Of a stretch of 64,000 nt of DNA, positions 43,865 to 53,184 are shown piece by piece (within the stretch, counting starts at the first letter, position 1; every line of letters begins with the position of its first letter). Under the pieces are notes generated by a model. The model did no database searches. It had not been told where the DNA came from and was given only the letters and a program-made list of their open reading frames with translations. This stretch comes from Candidatus Buchananbacteria bacterium (lineage in GTDB: Bacteria; Patescibacteriota; Patescibacteriia; Buchananbacterales; UBA6539), in NCBI GenBank assembly GCA_041664165.1, contig JBAYLH010000005.1, forward strand, positions 344-64,343, in the 5' to 3' direction. The position numbers and the translations under genes were made by a program.

Positions 43865-44554
43865 TTATCCCCCCCCCCTATCTTCATAAAGTGCCTGCCC
43901 CAATGACCCGGAATGGCCGACGGCAAACAAAACAATGGGTGACTGCCGTCGATTTGAATCACTATCTTTCGACTGCTTTATACTGTCATGAACCAATTTG
44001 ACGAATTGTCGATATCTTTCCGCTGATTCCTTGGGCAATATTTCAGGAGCTATATCATTATTTGGATTATTCATGTCGTTCAGCCACCTGTATGTCGCTT
44101 CTTCTTCACTAATACCCTCCTCTTTTATCATCCTATCATAAGGATCCCAGGTATCAGGGCTTGAATCAGCTAACATGCTTACGATCTCTTTTCCATCAAT
44201 TTCCAACATATCAATTATTTTATCCTTTCCCTCACGCTGGCTTAAACGTTCATTAACCAAGTGACGACATAATTTAGCCCTGTCTTTACCGCTATCAAGC
44301 GTTACTAAAATTGACTGCACCGGCAATTTATCATAAAGATTATCAGCTAATTTGAGACTGCGCTGAATTCCTTCAAGCTTAAGAGGTGTTTCACCGGCCT
44401 CAAGCATTTCCGGAAACTCATTTTTTAAAACTCCCATTACCAAGCTTATTTGCTCAGCTGGAAAAACTCGTGACAATGATTCTTCGCTTATTTGCCATGA
44501 TCCCTTATCTGCATGACGAGTAATAATAGAGTCACCATTTCTTAATTTGTCCAT
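43865..44554 (-). CDS. histidine-phosphatase-superfamily-like protein ending in a G10/C10 homopolymer
   Basis: IITRHADKGSW (RHG-like) and LFAVGHSGSLG (second His). The last codons, GGG GGG GGG, are encoded by a 10-C run at 43869-43878. Confidence 0.3.
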   Translation of the reverse strand: MDKLRNGDSIITRHADKGSWQISEESLSRVFPAEQISLVMGVLKNEFPEMLEAGETPLKLEGIQRSLKLADNLYDKLPVQSILVTLDSGKDRAKLCRHLVNERLSQREGKDKIIDMLEIDGKEIVSMLADSSPDTWDPYDRMIKEEGISEEEATYRWLNDMNNPNNDIAPEILPKESAERYRQFVKLVHDSIKQSKDSDSNRRQSPIVLFAVGHSGSLGQALYEDRGGG

Positions 44555-44570
44555 ATTTTTTTATTATTAA

Positions 44571-46157
44571 TTATTTTCTTTTTAAAATCGTTACCACTCC
44601 GTGATTGCCGTTAACCTCGACTAGATCCCCGTCTTTGAGAACTTCCGTGGCAATTTTCGTGGCAATCACGCAGGGAATGCCCAGCTCTCGGGCAATGATG
44701 GCGGCGTGACAAGTAACTCCACCTTCGTTAGTAACAATCGCCGCGGCTTTTTTAATCCCCATGATATAATCCGGCCGCGTCATCACGGCTACCAAAATAT
44801 CGCCCGAATTAACTTTGCCGACTTCATGAGCGCTTTTGACGATTTTAACCATGCCCCGCACTTTGCCACTGGAAGCGCTTAAGCCGCGAAAATCATTAAT
44901 ATTTTTTTTGATGCCGGTTTTAAATATCGCCTTCTGCAGCTGACGAGCTTCTTTCCCGGCGACTATTTCATAAGTCTGTTTATGATCATAATGAAAACTG
45001 AATTCCCTTCGTTTTCTGGCTTCGTTTCGGGAAACATAATGCCCTTGGCCGGTAAACAAAGTTATGACTTCGAAATAAAACAGACATTTCATTTCCACCA
45101 AGGAATAACCAAAGCGTTTACCGATTTCCGCCAAAAAAACTGAGCCGCAATGAGTCGCCAGAAAAGTACATTTTTTTCGCTCGTCTTGCCAATAAGTAAA
45201 AGTTTCGGAAATTTCAATTAGATTAACCAAAAATTTGGGCAGCTTTAATTTTTTTATTAATTTCTGCTTGTTAATTTTGCTTTTTCGGGGTGAGCCTTCA
45301 ATCCTTTTAATTTGCCCGGCCAAATCAATTTCATTTTTTAACAATTCCTTGATTTCCTTGATAAAAAAAGAAATGTTTAGAATATGGCTGTCAACATAGT
45401 TATTTTTACCCCAAAAATAATTTTGCCGGTGTTTTTGCAAAATTTGATATTCGGCCGAAAAATTCCTTATTTTTTTTAAAATTAGACTCAAATTATCAGC
45501 GATAAAAATTTTTCTTAATTTCTGGTTTTGATAAATTTTCAAAGCGACTTTCAATAAAGCAATTTCCGCTTCATTGATGAATGATTGGCTGGTCGGCGCC
45601 GTCAGAACGGAAAAAATTATTCCCCGGCCTTTAATGATTTTTTTACTGTCCAAAAATTTATTTAACTCCGTTTGAATATACTCATCGCTGCCCAAGGCGA
45701 AACCATCAATAACTGAACTCATTGTTGTCCAGCCAAAATATGACCTGAAAAAATCTTGATATAAATTTTTTAATTCCTCGTCAGATAGCCTGGTTAAATT
45801 TATTTTATCCAATTCATCGCATTTTTTTATAAAAGCAATTTTATCTTTATCCCATTTCTGCATAATTTTTTTGCCGATGCCAAAGGGCTCGCAAAAACTT
45901 TTTTTAATAAAAATACTACAAACACGGCGAATATCGGCTAAATCAATATACCAATCAACCCGATTATCATTAAAAATTATCAAATGATTCGTAAATTCCC
46001 CGCCTTTTTCTTTTCTTGGTTCCGGCTTAAGCTCCATCTGGCCAATTAAATAAATAAGATTCGGACAACCGTCAAACCTTTGGTGATACCATTCTTTTTT
46101 CTTTAATTTTTTTAGGTCTTTTTTAATTAAGCCTTTTTTAAACTGCATGCAAGACAT
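44571..46157 (-). CDS. PEP-utilizer paralog 2 (divergent N-terminal domain plus His swivel domain)
   Basis: C-terminus GDILVAVMTRPDYIMGIKKAAAIVTNEGGVTCHAAIIARELGIPCVIAT. Confidence 0.7.
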   Translation of the reverse strand: MSCMQFKKGLIKKDLKKLKKKEWYHQRFDGCPNLIYLIGQMELKPEPRKEKGGEFTNHLIIFNDNRVDWYIDLADIRRVCSIFIKKSFCEPFGIGKKIMQKWDKDKIAFIKKCDELDKINLTRLSDEELKNLYQDFFRSYFGWTTMSSVIDGFALGSDEYIQTELNKFLDSKKIIKGRGIIFSVLTAPTSQSFINEAEIALLKVALKIYQNQKLRKIFIADNLSLILKKIRNFSAEYQILQKHRQNYFWGKNNYVDSHILNISFFIKEIKELLKNEIDLAGQIKRIEGSPRKSKINKQKLIKKLKLPKFLVNLIEISETFTYWQDERKKCTFLATHCGSVFLAEIGKRFGYSLVEMKCLFYFEVITLFTGQGHYVSRNEARKRREFSFHYDHKQTYEIVAGKEARQLQKAIFKTGIKKNINDFRGLSASSGKVRGMVKIVKSAHEVGKVNSGDILVAVMTRPDYIMGIKKAAAIVTNEGGVTCHAAIIARELGIPCVIATKIATEVLKDGDLVEVNGNHGVVTILKRK

Positions 46158-46160
46158 ATA

Positions 46161-46230
46161 CTATTTTATTTTTTTAACCACGCCTTTATCAGCATCTACC
46201 TCAATTCTGTCGCCTGTCTGAAAAACCAAG
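46161..46230 (-). pseudogene. remnant of the last ~20 codons of a PEP-utilizer paralog (..FQTGDRIEVDADKGVVKKIK*), fused to REP sequence
   Basis: The tail matches the DRIEVDAD.G..KKI C-termini of the intact paralogs. The upstream part of the 64-aa track ORF is a translation of hairpin repeats. A second, ~8-codon tail remnant (AERVVKKI*) lies at about 46893-46920. Confidence 0.55.
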
Positions 46231-46242
46231 GCCGTGGTCTTT

Positions 46243-46350
46243 AAAAAAAATGGCGACCCGACTTTTCCGCCCGAGGCGGATGCGCCCTGACTGCCGTCAG
46301 GGCGGCGATAGGCAGGCTTTGGCGCAAGTCGGCATTCATTTAAATAATTT
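46243..46350. repeat. REP/BIME-like hairpin block, left flank of the RAYT gene
   Basis: The aaaaaaaatggcgacccgactt ... gtcggcattcatttaaataattt unit recurs at 46942-46996. Internal perfect hairpins: cgccctgac tgcc gtcagggcg (46283-46303) and ccgcc cga ggcgg. Confidence 0.65.
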
Positions 46351-46863
46351 ATCAAAGTTAGTTCTATCTTCCAAATTTAAGGCATTAACTGATAAAATCA
46401 GATCCTGAATCGTCTGCTCTCCATATTGAGCCGCCCCTTGCTTGCAGCTGGTAAAGGGACTGCTATTCAATTCATCAAAATTCTTGGCTTCTCCATGTTT
46501 TAAAAGATTACCTAAGATATAGCCTAAAACCTTTTTTAATTTTTCCTCGTCCACCACTTTTTCCCAATACTCGCCCCAGACGCTCCGCTTGATATTATTT
46601 AAAACATTTAATTCATGGGAACTGCCGCCGGCGATAAATTGTTCTAATTTTGGCAAAACCTCGCCTTTTGGTAAATAAATCAGGTAATGGTAATGATTGG
46701 AAATAATACTGAAGGCATGGAGCGAAAAATTAAATTTTTTTTGAGCGGCCATCAAACGATTTAAAATGATTTTCTTCTTATCAGCGGTGTCAAACAGCTT
46801 TTCATGGTTATTGGTTGAGCGAGTGACAAAATAATAGCAATCATCAAAGTATAAATGAATCAT
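46336..46863 (-). mobile_element. REP-associated tyrosine transposase (RAYT; IS200/IS605 TnpA-like, HUH Y1)
   Basis: HUH motif SNHYHYLIY, an N-terminal YYFVTRSTNNHEKLF block typical of RAYT/IS200 TnpA, and ~175 aa length. It is flanked on both sides by hairpin-rich repeats. Confidence 0.65.
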
Positions 46864-47008
46864 ATAATCTGTTATAGCCGACTAAAGTCGGGTTACCTAA
46901 TTTATTATATTTTTTTAACTACTCTCTCGGCAAAAATGAACTTTAAAAAAATGGCGACCCGACTTTAGTCGGCATTCATTTAAATAATTTCTCGTCGGGT
47001 TACCTAAT
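46864..47008. repeat. REP/BIME-like hairpin block, right flank of RAYT
   Basis: Contains gccgactaaagtcgg hairpins, two copies of gggttacctaatttatt, and a direct copy of the aaaaaaatggcgacccgactttagtcggcattcatttaaataattt unit. Confidence 0.65.
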
Positions 47009-48334
47009 TTATTTTATTTTTCTAATTATTCCTTCATCGGCATCAACCTCAATTCTGTCACCGTCTTTAAAGACTTTCGTTGCTATTTCGGTACCAACCA
47101 CACAGGGAATTTTCAGCTCCCGGGCGACAATGGCCGAATGCGAAGTAAAGCCTCCGATATCGGCCACAATGGCTGAAACTTTATGCAAAACCGGCATATA
47201 ATCTGGCATGGTAATTTCACAAACAATAATATCACCTTTTTTTACCTTGTTGAACTCGGCCGTTGAAAGCACAACTTTTGCGATTCCTCGGACAATGCCG
47301 GCAGAAACGCCTTTGCCAGAAACTTGATCTTTTTTTTCGAAAACTCGGTTAAAAAGTTGGTAAATTTTGGCCGCCGGCTCGCCGGTATAAATATTATTTT
47401 TAATGTTGACATACCGCTTCTGTCGCAAAGTCAAATCAACTGGAATTTTTTTAGCCATAACTTCTTGGGGTTTGAGATGAATTAATTCGTCACAACTCAA
47501 ACCCAGCCGCCGGCCCAGCTCTTTGAACAAAGGATAAAAATTATAAATGCCGCGCAGAAATTGTTCAAACCGAAAATCTCGAATGTAAAGCAATCTCTGT
47601 GAAATCTCAGCTTGTTTTTTTAGTCCGGCCGGCAATTTTTTATATATCTGAAAATAACGTTTTTCGGAATTTTGATGCTGCTTTTCCATTTCCGCCAATT
47701 CCTTTTTGGGATTTTTGATGGCGGCTAGCTGTTCTTTGAGGTAAAAATCATCGACAGTTTTAAAAGCCGCCAATTCAATATTGCTCCAAGCCCATTTGGT
47801 TTTAAACTCGCTTTTTTTTATTTGGCCAGACCTGAGAAGCAATAAATCCTTTTTTCGGCGCTGGTTGTAAGTGTTGGATAAAGGGTAGGTTAAAGCGTCA
47901 AATTCTTTATTGGTTAAACCGAATCGCAAAAGCGAATTGATTAATTTTTTCTCAAAATGATATGAGGCATAAACAGAAATATCAATGATCCTTAAATAAT
48001 TGCCCCAAAGCCGATAACACTCCTTAAACGATTTAACTAGGCTGGGCCAACTAGCCTCGACAAAACTTCTCCTATATTTTTTTGAGGCGGCGACATATTC
48101 CCGCGCTCGCTTGTCAATTAAATTTATAACCTTTACGATTTCTTGATCCGATAAATAATATTTGGCTAAATCTTTTTTACTAAAAAACCATTGACCGTCA
48201 AGATAAATTAGTTCGACATTGCTAAAGCCGTCTTTAGCCATTCTTTGCCTTTCCCTAATTTCGGCCGATGACAAAAAAACTGATTCTTTGCCATAAAAAA
48301 GTTTAATGTAATTTTTCGGGTTAAGCTTAATCAT
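47009..48334 (-). CDS. PEP-utilizer paralog 3 (divergent N-terminal domain plus His swivel domain)
   Basis: C-terminus GDIIVCEITMPDYMPVLHKVSAIVADIGGFTSHSAIVARELKIPCVVGT. Confidence 0.7.
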   Translation of the reverse strand: MIKLNPKNYIKLFYGKESVFLSSAEIRERQRMAKDGFSNVELIYLDGQWFFSKKDLAKYYLSDQEIVKVINLIDKRAREYVAASKKYRRSFVEASWPSLVKSFKECYRLWGNYLRIIDISVYASYHFEKKLINSLLRFGLTNKEFDALTYPLSNTYNQRRKKDLLLLRSGQIKKSEFKTKWAWSNIELAAFKTVDDFYLKEQLAAIKNPKKELAEMEKQHQNSEKRYFQIYKKLPAGLKKQAEISQRLLYIRDFRFEQFLRGIYNFYPLFKELGRRLGLSCDELIHLKPQEVMAKKIPVDLTLRQKRYVNIKNNIYTGEPAAKIYQLFNRVFEKKDQVSGKGVSAGIVRGIAKVVLSTAEFNKVKKGDIIVCEITMPDYMPVLHKVSAIVADIGGFTSHSAIVARELKIPCVVGTEIATKVFKDGDRIEVDADEGIIRKIK

Positions 48335-49791
48335 TATATTTTTTTAACTATTCCCTCATTGGCATCAACTTCAATCCTATCCCCTGTCTTAAAAACTTGA
48401 GTGGCAATTTTAGTTCCGACAATGCACGGGATACCAAGCTCGCGCGAGACAATGGCCGCGTGACAAGTAATACCGCCATCATCCGTAACAATGGCGGCGG
48501 CTTGGCGCATGGCCGGCAAATAGTCAATGGTAGTCATTGACGCCACTAAAACACCGCCCTTTTTGACGATTTTTAAAGCTTCTCTGGCTCCTTTTACCAC
48601 AAAAGCTTGCCCTACCACCTTGCCTCGGCTAGCTGAAACACCGGTAACCTGAGAAGTTTTACTGGCCTTAATTTCTGAAAGAACCAATTTATCTAAAATT
48701 TTCTTTGCTTCCAAGCCTAAATATTCTTTGATTTTTCCTCGTTTAATCACCCAGGTTAAACCCTGCTGGCGTTCAGCAATCAGCGATTTATCAACTTTAA
48801 TATTTTTTAAACACAAATTTTTAATCTCCGAATTATCATAAAATACCAAATCTCGATATTTAAGTTTAAACCTTTTTGCCATCATTCGCAAAGCCGGAAA
48901 AATAATCTGGTTAGAACGCATTTGCGTTTCCTTTCGCCAGTCATGAAACATGGCAAAAGCATCCAAGAGATGAAAATATGGCTTTAGTTTTCCAAAAGAC
49001 AAATGATATTTATTTACCAAATCATTTCTTCCGGCTTCAACTGATTTAATAAAATTATTAATTCGTTTCAATTCCTCGCTTCTTAAATCAAAACTTTTTA
49101 TTTTCAATTTTTTTATGTCTTTTTCAATGCGGCCGACAGTCAGTTCATTGCTGCCGTCCCAGCCCATCATAATCCAGCCAAAACGCTTAGCCATTTTTTT
49201 CAAATCAGCCTGACTAACAATTTTATTCAGGGAAAATTGCAAAAGATTTTTTTTATAAAGCAAACTTTCGGAAATATAGGCGGGTTCCATCAATTGGCCT
49301 AAATCGGTTTGATTAATTTTGTTTTTGGCCATTAATTGCAGCTTTTCGCTAAAAATTTTACCAAAAAAATCATCAAATAAATCGGTAGTATATTCGGAAA
49401 AACTAATGCTTTTTAAAAACACCTGCTGGGCTTGGCGATACAAATTATACAGTTCCTGATCGGTTATATTTTTTAATTCGGCATCTCTCAAAGGCAGTAA
49501 AATTGTTTTGACCTCGCATTGGGATTTCCGGTATAAAGAAAAAATTTTATTGAATTCGGTTTTATCGGTTAGCCATTTTTTTAACCAGCGGCGCAGGGTT
49601 TTTTCCAAATAATCAGCATCGCGCGACCAGTAAAAATAATCCTGGCAATAAGCCATGACTTCATAATGATTGGCCAAATAAGGATATTTTTTCGAAGGCG
49701 AAAGCTTAATCAAATCCAAATAAGCCGACATACCTTGCGGATAAAGCCGATCCCGCTCGTAAACCCGCCAATTGATTTTTTTAGTAGGCAT
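48334..49791 (-). CDS. PEP-utilizer paralog 4
   Basis: C-terminus VLVASMTTIDYLPAMRQAAAIVTDDGGITCHAAIVSRELGIPCIVGT. Its stop overlaps the start of paralog 3 by 1 nt. Confidence 0.7.
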   Translation of the reverse strand: MPTKKINWRVYERDRLYPQGMSAYLDLIKLSPSKKYPYLANHYEVMAYCQDYFYWSRDADYLEKTLRRWLKKWLTDKTEFNKIFSLYRKSQCEVKTILLPLRDAELKNITDQELYNLYRQAQQVFLKSISFSEYTTDLFDDFFGKIFSEKLQLMAKNKINQTDLGQLMEPAYISESLLYKKNLLQFSLNKIVSQADLKKMAKRFGWIMMGWDGSNELTVGRIEKDIKKLKIKSFDLRSEELKRINNFIKSVEAGRNDLVNKYHLSFGKLKPYFHLLDAFAMFHDWRKETQMRSNQIIFPALRMMAKRFKLKYRDLVFYDNSEIKNLCLKNIKVDKSLIAERQQGLTWVIKRGKIKEYLGLEAKKILDKLVLSEIKASKTSQVTGVSASRGKVVGQAFVVKGAREALKIVKKGGVLVASMTTIDYLPAMRQAAAIVTDDGGITCHAAIVSRELGIPCIVGTKIATQVFKTGDRIEVDANEGIVKKI

Positions 49792-49792
49792 A

Positions 49793-51346
49793 TTATTTAA
49801 TTTTTTTCACTGTGCCGTTATTCATATCCATTTCAATCAAATCGTTGTTTTTTAAAATTCTAGTTGCTGTTTTTGTCCCAATAATACAGGGAACCCCAAG
49901 CTCCCGAGACACAATCGCTGCGTGGCACGTCAAACCGCCTTCGTCAGTGACAATGGCTTTGACCCGGCGCAACAAAGGCAAAAATTCCGGCCGCGTCATA
50001 GTAGTAACTAAGATATTTCCAGCTTTAAAATTCTGCCGATTAACGTCCAAAATAACCTGTGCCTTACCGCTGATTTTTTCAACCGGCGCACAAGCCACTT
50101 GGCCTTTTATTTCCGTACCGTTTAAAATTTTTGAAAACAAATTATAAATTGATTTAGCCTGGCCGCCATAAAAAATTTTTTCTTCACAGCGCCAGTTTTT
50201 TGACCGAATCACAACTTGGGCTGAAAATTTCCGCCTTGATTCTAACAAAGCAGTAAGCACTTTTTTGTTGTTTATAAGCAAATCATGAAATTCCTCTGAC
50301 GTATAGTATTTGACCAAGCCGACATCTTGTTTAAATCGTTTAGCAACTTGCTGACAAAAAATTTCGTTATAATGATCAGCTATTGTCATAAATTTTTTCC
50401 GGTCATCTATCCATTCTGCCATATAAGCTACGATTAAAAAATGCCGTTTTAAATTTTTAGAAAAATTATATTGTTTTAGGTATTTTTTCTTGGCTTGTTT
50501 GAGTCGGGAAACTTTTGTTGAAAAATTATTAAATATTGCCAATAATTCATTTTTAGTTTTCTCTAATGCCAAAATTTTCATCCGATCTAAAAAATACTGC
50601 TCATCTAATATCTGAGCTTTTTGAAAATTATTACCAATCCAAAAATAGCTTTTAACTAATTTTTTAAGTATTATTCGTAAAGTCGGCAGTTTTAAAATAA
50701 TTTTTTCAGATTCAATTTTGTTTTTGTCTGATAAAATTTTGTAGGCCAAAATTGCTCCCTTGAAAATTAGATACTCTTCTTTTTCTAAAAATGACAACTT
50801 TACCGGCGCGGAAAAAGTTATGGCAATATCCAAAGCTTTATTTTCAGATAAGCCGGAAGTTTCTTTTTTAATTAACCCAATCAATTTTTCGCTGGAAAAA
50901 ATATCAGTACACTCTAAAGCCATGCCATAGCGAATAAAATCCATATAAGCTTTTTCACCATAAAAATTTTGATAAAACTTCCATAATTGTTTATTATTGA
51001 CATTGGAAATATTTTTTTCCAATATTTTGCCAGCCGCTAGAAAATGACTGACAAATTTTTCACTGGCCTTTCTCAAATTTTTTAAATAATTTTTATTTTT
51101 TAAAACCTGATCATAAATATAATAATAAACCTTTAATTTCTCATCGGCTGGAGTCAATTCGGAAAAAAAATCATTGCGATAGATAAAAACAGACAAGGTT
51201 AGATATTTTGGATGAAAATATTTAGCTTGCTCAATAAAAGCTCTAAGTGGCCATCCAACGAAAGCGTAAACCCCTGGCGCTTCTTCCAACCACCAAGTAT
51301 GATTATTAATCTCTTCTAATACTGATGACAAATTAATATTTTTCAT
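49793..51346 (-). CDS. PEP-utilizer paralog 5
   Basis: C-terminus GNILVTTMTRPEFLPLLRRVKAIVTDEGGLTCHAAIVSRELGVPCIIGT. Confidence 0.7.
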   Translation of the reverse strand: MKNINLSSVLEEINNHTWWLEEAPGVYAFVGWPLRAFIEQAKYFHPKYLTLSVFIYRNDFFSELTPADEKLKVYYYIYDQVLKNKNYLKNLRKASEKFVSHFLAAGKILEKNISNVNNKQLWKFYQNFYGEKAYMDFIRYGMALECTDIFSSEKLIGLIKKETSGLSENKALDIAITFSAPVKLSFLEKEEYLIFKGAILAYKILSDKNKIESEKIILKLPTLRIILKKLVKSYFWIGNNFQKAQILDEQYFLDRMKILALEKTKNELLAIFNNFSTKVSRLKQAKKKYLKQYNFSKNLKRHFLIVAYMAEWIDDRKKFMTIADHYNEIFCQQVAKRFKQDVGLVKYYTSEEFHDLLINNKKVLTALLESRRKFSAQVVIRSKNWRCEEKIFYGGQAKSIYNLFSKILNGTEIKGQVACAPVEKISGKAQVILDVNRQNFKAGNILVTTMTRPEFLPLLRRVKAIVTDEGGLTCHAAIVSRELGVPCIIGTKTATRILKNNDLIEMDMNNGTVKKIK

Positions 51347-52809
51347 ATTTTTTTAACTGTCCCCTTGCCAGTATCAACTTCTACCAAGTCCCCGTCTTTC
51401 AAAACCTTGGTGGCAATTTTGGTGCCGACAATGCACGGTATGCCAAGCTCGCGCGAAACAATGGCCGCGTGGCTAGTCATCCCGCCTTCGTCAGTGATAA
51501 TGGCGGCGGCCTTTTTAATCACGACAATATAATCGGGCGAAGTCATCGGGGTGACTAAAATTTCGCCTTTTTCCATGGTTTTGAAATCAGCGGCGGAATT
51601 TATAATCCTGACTTTCGCCGCAACTTTTTTGCCGCGGCTGACCACCAAACCCTTAAATTCACTGATTTTTTTATTGGCGGCCTTTGCCGCGGGCGGAATA
51701 AATTGAGCGATAATCTTTTTTGCCGGCGCGCCGGAAACATATTTCAAAGAATTGCTATTCTGCGAATAATGAACGACTAAATAATTCTGCCGACTTTTGA
51801 TTTCTTCGGCGGAAATTTTTTTACCCTTCTCGGCCAAATCCAAAGTCTCATAAACATTGTAAAAATGCAGATCATTAAAACTCAGGCCGTATCGTCTGGC
51901 AAATTCAGCCAAAAATAAGTCAATATAATGATTGGCCAAAAAAATGTAATATTTCCTTAAATCTTGCCACCAAACGCAAAAACTCAAACGGCTGGCGATT
52001 TTTTTAATTACCGGCGTAATTTTATATTTCCTGGCCAATTCGTCTTTTTCCTTTTTCACCCGCCGACTGAAAAATTCTAATTCTTTAATTTTAGCTTGGG
52101 CTTTTTTCAAGCTATAACCGGCCAGTTCATTTTCAAAATATTTTCTATCTAAAATTTTAGTATGATGATAGCTGTTTAAAAGCCAAAAATGGTTTTTTTG
52201 ATAATTAACTAATTTACTTTCGAATAAGGCCTGACGCTTTTCATATTTTTTTAATTTTAGCAGCTCCAAATCCGCCTTTTGATAAAAAGATAAATTTTCC
52301 GGAGCCGACAACCTTTCAAAAACAAAAATAAAATCTTTTGGCTGAATTATTTTTTCCAAAATTTTTTTTAAAATATCCTCCGCTCCCCAATTCGCGACTT
52401 CCGGCAATAAACCGAATTTCCAGAAATTGACATAAGCTTTGACCCAATTTTTATAAAATTTCGCCAGCTGCCGGTCGGTTAAATTCCTCAGCCGATCTTT
52501 TGTTATATCTTTTTGCAAATCCAACAAAAGATTAACGCTATTATGCCATAGCCCATAATACCGTTTTAAATTTTTACCAGCCAAAACAAACCGATTAAAA
52601 TTATTCCGCCCGCTTTTTCTTAAATTGGCAAAATCGACTATGGCAATCATTTTGTCCGGATAATATTCCAGCCATAAAACATCGGGCCAGCTATAAAAAG
52701 TTTTTTGGTACTGCGTGAAAGCTACATTAAAAAAATCGGGGTAAATCAACTTGCCGTCAATCGGACCCCAACGAAATAATTCCGCCTTCGGGTTGATATC
52801 AATCTTCAT
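51343..52809 (-). CDS. PEP-utilizer paralog 6
   Basis: C-terminus GEILVTPMTSPDYIVVIKKAAAIITDEGGMTSHAAIVSRELGIPCIVGT. It overlaps paralog 5 by 4 nt. Confidence 0.7.
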   Translation of the reverse strand: MKIDINPKAELFRWGPIDGKLIYPDFFNVAFTQYQKTFYSWPDVLWLEYYPDKMIAIVDFANLRKSGRNNFNRFVLAGKNLKRYYGLWHNSVNLLLDLQKDITKDRLRNLTDRQLAKFYKNWVKAYVNFWKFGLLPEVANWGAEDILKKILEKIIQPKDFIFVFERLSAPENLSFYQKADLELLKLKKYEKRQALFESKLVNYQKNHFWLLNSYHHTKILDRKYFENELAGYSLKKAQAKIKELEFFSRRVKKEKDELARKYKITPVIKKIASRLSFCVWWQDLRKYYIFLANHYIDLFLAEFARRYGLSFNDLHFYNVYETLDLAEKGKKISAEEIKSRQNYLVVHYSQNSNSLKYVSGAPAKKIIAQFIPPAAKAANKKISEFKGLVVSRGKKVAAKVRIINSAADFKTMEKGEILVTPMTSPDYIVVIKKAAAIITDEGGMTSHAAIVSRELGIPCIVGTKIATKVLKDGDLVEVDTGKGTVKKI

Positions 52810-52857
52810 ATTTTAGCAAAAAAAGTGACTAAAACTTGCCCTGGAGTTAAACGCTAT

Positions 52858-53184
52858 TTATTTCCTCGCTACCGTCGCATACTCAAAAAACATTTTCTCC
52901 AAATCAGGCAAAGCCACCGAATAATTCCCGGCGGCGGAATAAATATCGGCCAAAACTTCTTTCAGCCGGCCGATTTCACCGCTATGCCCGACATTTTTTC
53001 TGTCTGCCAAAGTCAAATCAAGCAAATCAAAAGACCTCTCTAGCGAAGAATTACGCTTTTTAATCTCGCCTTTATCCTCAAAATATCTTGCCCGAGAGAC
53101 TTCGCTGCCGATATTTCCCAGTTGCTCAAAAATATTCAATTTTTGCCATTTCTCCAGCTCCATACTAAATAACCAAGTTATCAA
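52858..53184 (-). CDS. putative HEPN-domain toxin-like protein
   Basis: An R-x4-H motif (ADRKNVGHSGE) in a small all-alpha-looking protein. It overlaps the upstream 114-aa partner by 20 nt. Confidence 0.25.
   Translation of the reverse strand: MITWLFSMELEKWQKLNIFEQLGNIGSEVSRARYFEDKGEIKKRNSSLERSFDLLDLTLADRKNVGHSGEIGRLKEVLADIYSAAGNYSVALPDLEKMFFEYATVARK

Noticed and set aside
46161-46355. 64-aa ORF annotated in the six-frame track as a possible gene
   Set aside because: Only the last ~20 codons resemble anything, namely the tail of the PEP-utilizer paralogs. The rest is a translation of the REP hairpin block that recurs at 46942-46996. It is better explained as a gene-tail remnant plus repeat.
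52825-53043. Plus-strand 72-aa ORF
   Set aside because: It overlaps the minus-strand 108-aa ORF. That ORF has a partner gene with a typical 20-nt overlap and an Rx4H motif. The plus-strand ORF has no start context.
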